From: Trueperaceae bacterium
Lineage (GTDB): Bacteria; Deinococcota; Deinococci; Deinococcales; Trueperaceae
Length of the DNA: 64,000 bases
Direction of reading: 5' to 3'
NCBI GenBank assembly: GCA_965215565.1
Contig: CBDCDZ010000004.1
Span: forward strand, 3,392,001-3,456,000
In this document: positions 60,615 through 64,000 of the stretch, one piece after another
How the letters are laid out: each line of letters starts with the position of its first letter
Position numbering within the stretch: the stretch's first letter is position 1
Position numbers and translations under genes: made by a program
The notes under the pieces: generated by a model
What the model was told of the DNA's origin: nothing
The model's database searches: none
What the model saw: only the letters and a program-made list of their open reading frames with translations

Positions 60615-61449
60615 TAGCAGGTATCATCTGGTTTGAGACACGCTCACCGTAGGAAACGATGTCTAACACGCACATTATGAGATGATACCCTTCGGGCAGG
60701 ACCATAAGGTTGTGGACATTAGTCCGAAAGTCAGTACCGCAGCAAAAGAGGACGCAAGAAGAGTGATGAGGTAGACGCTGAAAACGTAGCTCGGGCTGCT
60801 TTGGCTGAGCTGACTAAGGCAAAACATCTCGCTAGCTAAACCTTACAGCGCACAAGCTGAGCTTAGCGAGCCTTCTAGAGGTGGCTCGCCAAGTCGAAGC
60901 CATTGCAGTGCTTAAAGAACAACTCAAGACGCTCGAGCAGGCGATATCGTTCTTGCCTGAACTCGGCTTTCACGCCGCCACGCTACTTGCTGAAGCAGGT
61001 GACATCCGCGCTTTCGTTCACAACACGCCTTTGCCATGTATTCAGGTTGTGCGCCTGTCGAGCGCTCTTCTGGTGGTCAGAAGAGAAGGCAACTCAACAT
61101 CGGCGGCAACCGTCGGCTCAACCGCACCTTTCACATGATTGCCCAAGTCAGACTGCGCCACAGCGAACCGACAAGAGCCTATCTCGACAAGAAACAGCAG
61201 CAAGGCAAGACCCGCCGGGCTGCTCTAAGAAGGTCAGCAGCACCCACAGAGGTGGAAGGGGGCTTGACAACTCTATACTAAGTTCATCTGGTTTGAGACA
61301 CGCTCACCGTAGGAAACGATGTCTAACACGCACATTATGAGATGATACCCTTGCCGGTTATGAAATTTTTGCGGATGCAAAAGGCAAAACTTCGTCCCTG
61401 CGGGCTTTCAGAAAGCGGCATTTTGTCTCAGTATGTCTTGGAACTGCTT
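60615..61449 (+). mobile_element. Composite MITE-like repeat containing an IS110 remnant between 69-bp direct repeats
   Basis: Left end TAGCAGGTATCATCTGG at 60615; identical 69-mers at 60624-60692 and 61284-61352; right end GTCTCAGTATGTCTTGGAACTGCT at ~61425-61448. Confidence 0.8.
60693..61283 (+). pseudogene. Decayed IS110-family transposase
   Basis: Fragments in different frames: KKSDEVDAENVARA, AATLLAEAGDIRAF, YSGCAPVERSSG...GGNRRLNRTFHMIA...GKTRRAALR; TTGACA near the right end. Confidence 0.85.
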
Positions 61450-61744
61450 TGGTGAGGACGCGGTAGGCTCGAGGTGAATAGGTAGCTCGAGCCTATCCCT
61501 CTCGTTGCTGATGAGGGTATACCGAGCGCACAAGCGCGATAAGACGCCTGAGCTGTTTTGCAGAGCGCGAAGCAGGGTACCTCTAAGGGTTCGTGCCGAC
61601 TCTTCTAATGTCTTTCGCAGTTTTAGGTGGGTGCATTGATGACTGGATGCCATCCGCTGCCTTCATGAAGATGAGCGTCTGTGGGCTACGTTCATATTTA
61701 TTAAAATGTGATTTGTTACGCTTTTGCAAAAGGAGGCGAGTTTT

Positions 61745-62020
61745 GTGAAAAAACTGATAACACTATTAAGCGCATTTTTACTCGTATTTTCTTTAGCCGC
61801 TTGCGGCCCCGGCGACGGCGGCGCGAGTAACGACAACGACAGCTCGGCAACCGTAGAGTCTGGCAGCGAAGAGGAAGCTGCCAACGAAGTTGCGGGCGAA
61901 GCCGAAGAGGTGCAAAACGAAGCTGAGAACCTAGAAGAGCAAGCCTCGGGTGAAGCCTCGAGCGGCAGTACGGGCGGCGCAACCGGTGGCAGTACGGGCG
62001 GTAGCACGGGCGGCGACTAG
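61745..62020 (+). CDS. Small acidic disordered lipoprotein with a C-terminal (S/A)TGG repeat
   Basis: AGGAGG RBS, GTG start, lipobox LAAC-G. Confidence 0.8.
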   Translation: MKKLITLLSAFLLVFSLAACGPGDGGASNDNDSSATVESGSEEEAANEVAGEAEEVQNEAENLEEQASGEASSGSTGGATGGSTGGSTGGD

Positions 62021-62180
62021 GAAGCTGGCAGCTCATCGGATTCCGTGAGACGACTCTCATGATGAAAGGCTGTTTCAGCGTCTGTAACTTGAGCAGCGCC
62101 GCTCCCACGCTAACGTTGCTCATTTAATCCTTTATGAGTTTTCATGTGAGAGCGTTAAAGTACCCCATAAGGAGGCAACA

Positions 62181-62339
62181 ATGAAAGATATCATGAAAGT
62201 TTTCCGTTCCCCTAGAATCGTTTTGCTCAGCGTGTTCGCCGTTTTCACCCTCTCGCTCGCCGCGTGCGGCCCTTCGGGCGGTGGCGAAGGCGGTAGCGAA
62301 AGTGGCACGGCTGAGGGCTCGAGCACCGGAGGCGGTTAA
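62181..62339 (+). CDS. 52-aa lipopeptide (below the ORF-track cutoff)
   Basis: AAGGAGG RBS; MKDIMKVFRSPRIVLLSVFAVFTLSLAAC-GPSGGGEGGSESGTAEGSSTGGG*; followed by a terminator. Confidence 0.75.
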   Translation: MKDIMKVFRSPRIVLLSVFAVFTLSLAACGPSGGGEGGSESGTAEGSSTGGG

Positions 62340-62361
62340 GCCTTCCTAACGCAATCAGCAG

Positions 62362-62389
62362 AAAGGCGAGCTTCGTGCTCGCCTTTTTT
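62362..62389 (+). terminator. Rho-independent terminator
   Basis: AAAGGCGAGC-TTCGT-GCTCGCCTTT followed by Ts. Confidence 0.8.
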
Positions 62390-62461
62390 CATGATTCTAC
62401 TTTTTTGTTCGCACGAGTTCTTGTGCGGATTTTAGAGGCGTCCCGTTCTGTGCCTACATAG

Positions 62462-63991
<1,530 letters not shown>

Positions 63992-64000
63992 CGTATGATA

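Noticed and set aside
60624..61352. 69-bp repeat pair (and the 24/27-bp tandem repeats) as a CRISPR array
   Set aside because: Only two units, wrong repeat and spacer sizes, a transposase remnant between them, and no cas genes.

Overview
64 kb of chromosomal DNA from a high-GC bacterium, most likely Deinococcota (Truepera-like). This is inferred from gene content and from many leaderless genes with a TANNNT box 5-8 nt before the start codon. The housekeeping backbone includes rnr, an M32 carboxypeptidase, a dynamin-like GTPase, mscS, pheA, carB, a Crp/Fnr regulator, scpB, tdk, metG, an SSS symporter and proS. Accessory patches are: a tandem array of four modular Ig/PKD lipoproteins; two convergent minor type IV pilin cassettes; a low-GC PIN toxin pair; a low-GC nuclease-NB-ARC-TPR (Avs/NLR-like) gene split by one in-frame amber codon next to a PemK/MazF TA pair; an intact IS1; and a decayed IS110. 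The most striking unannotated signals are three. (1) A leaderless Met-Met leader peptide with mutually exclusive antiterminator/terminator hairpins upstream of metG, a candidate methionine-sensing ribosome attenuator. (2) A dispersed TAGC...GCTA MITE-like repeat family with a covarying hairpin; one copy disrupts a gene and another hosts the IS110. (3) Strong over-representation of the non-palindromic heptamer AAGAGGT and of CTCGAG. All calls were made by eye, without database searches. No rRNA, tRNA or CRISPR array was seen.
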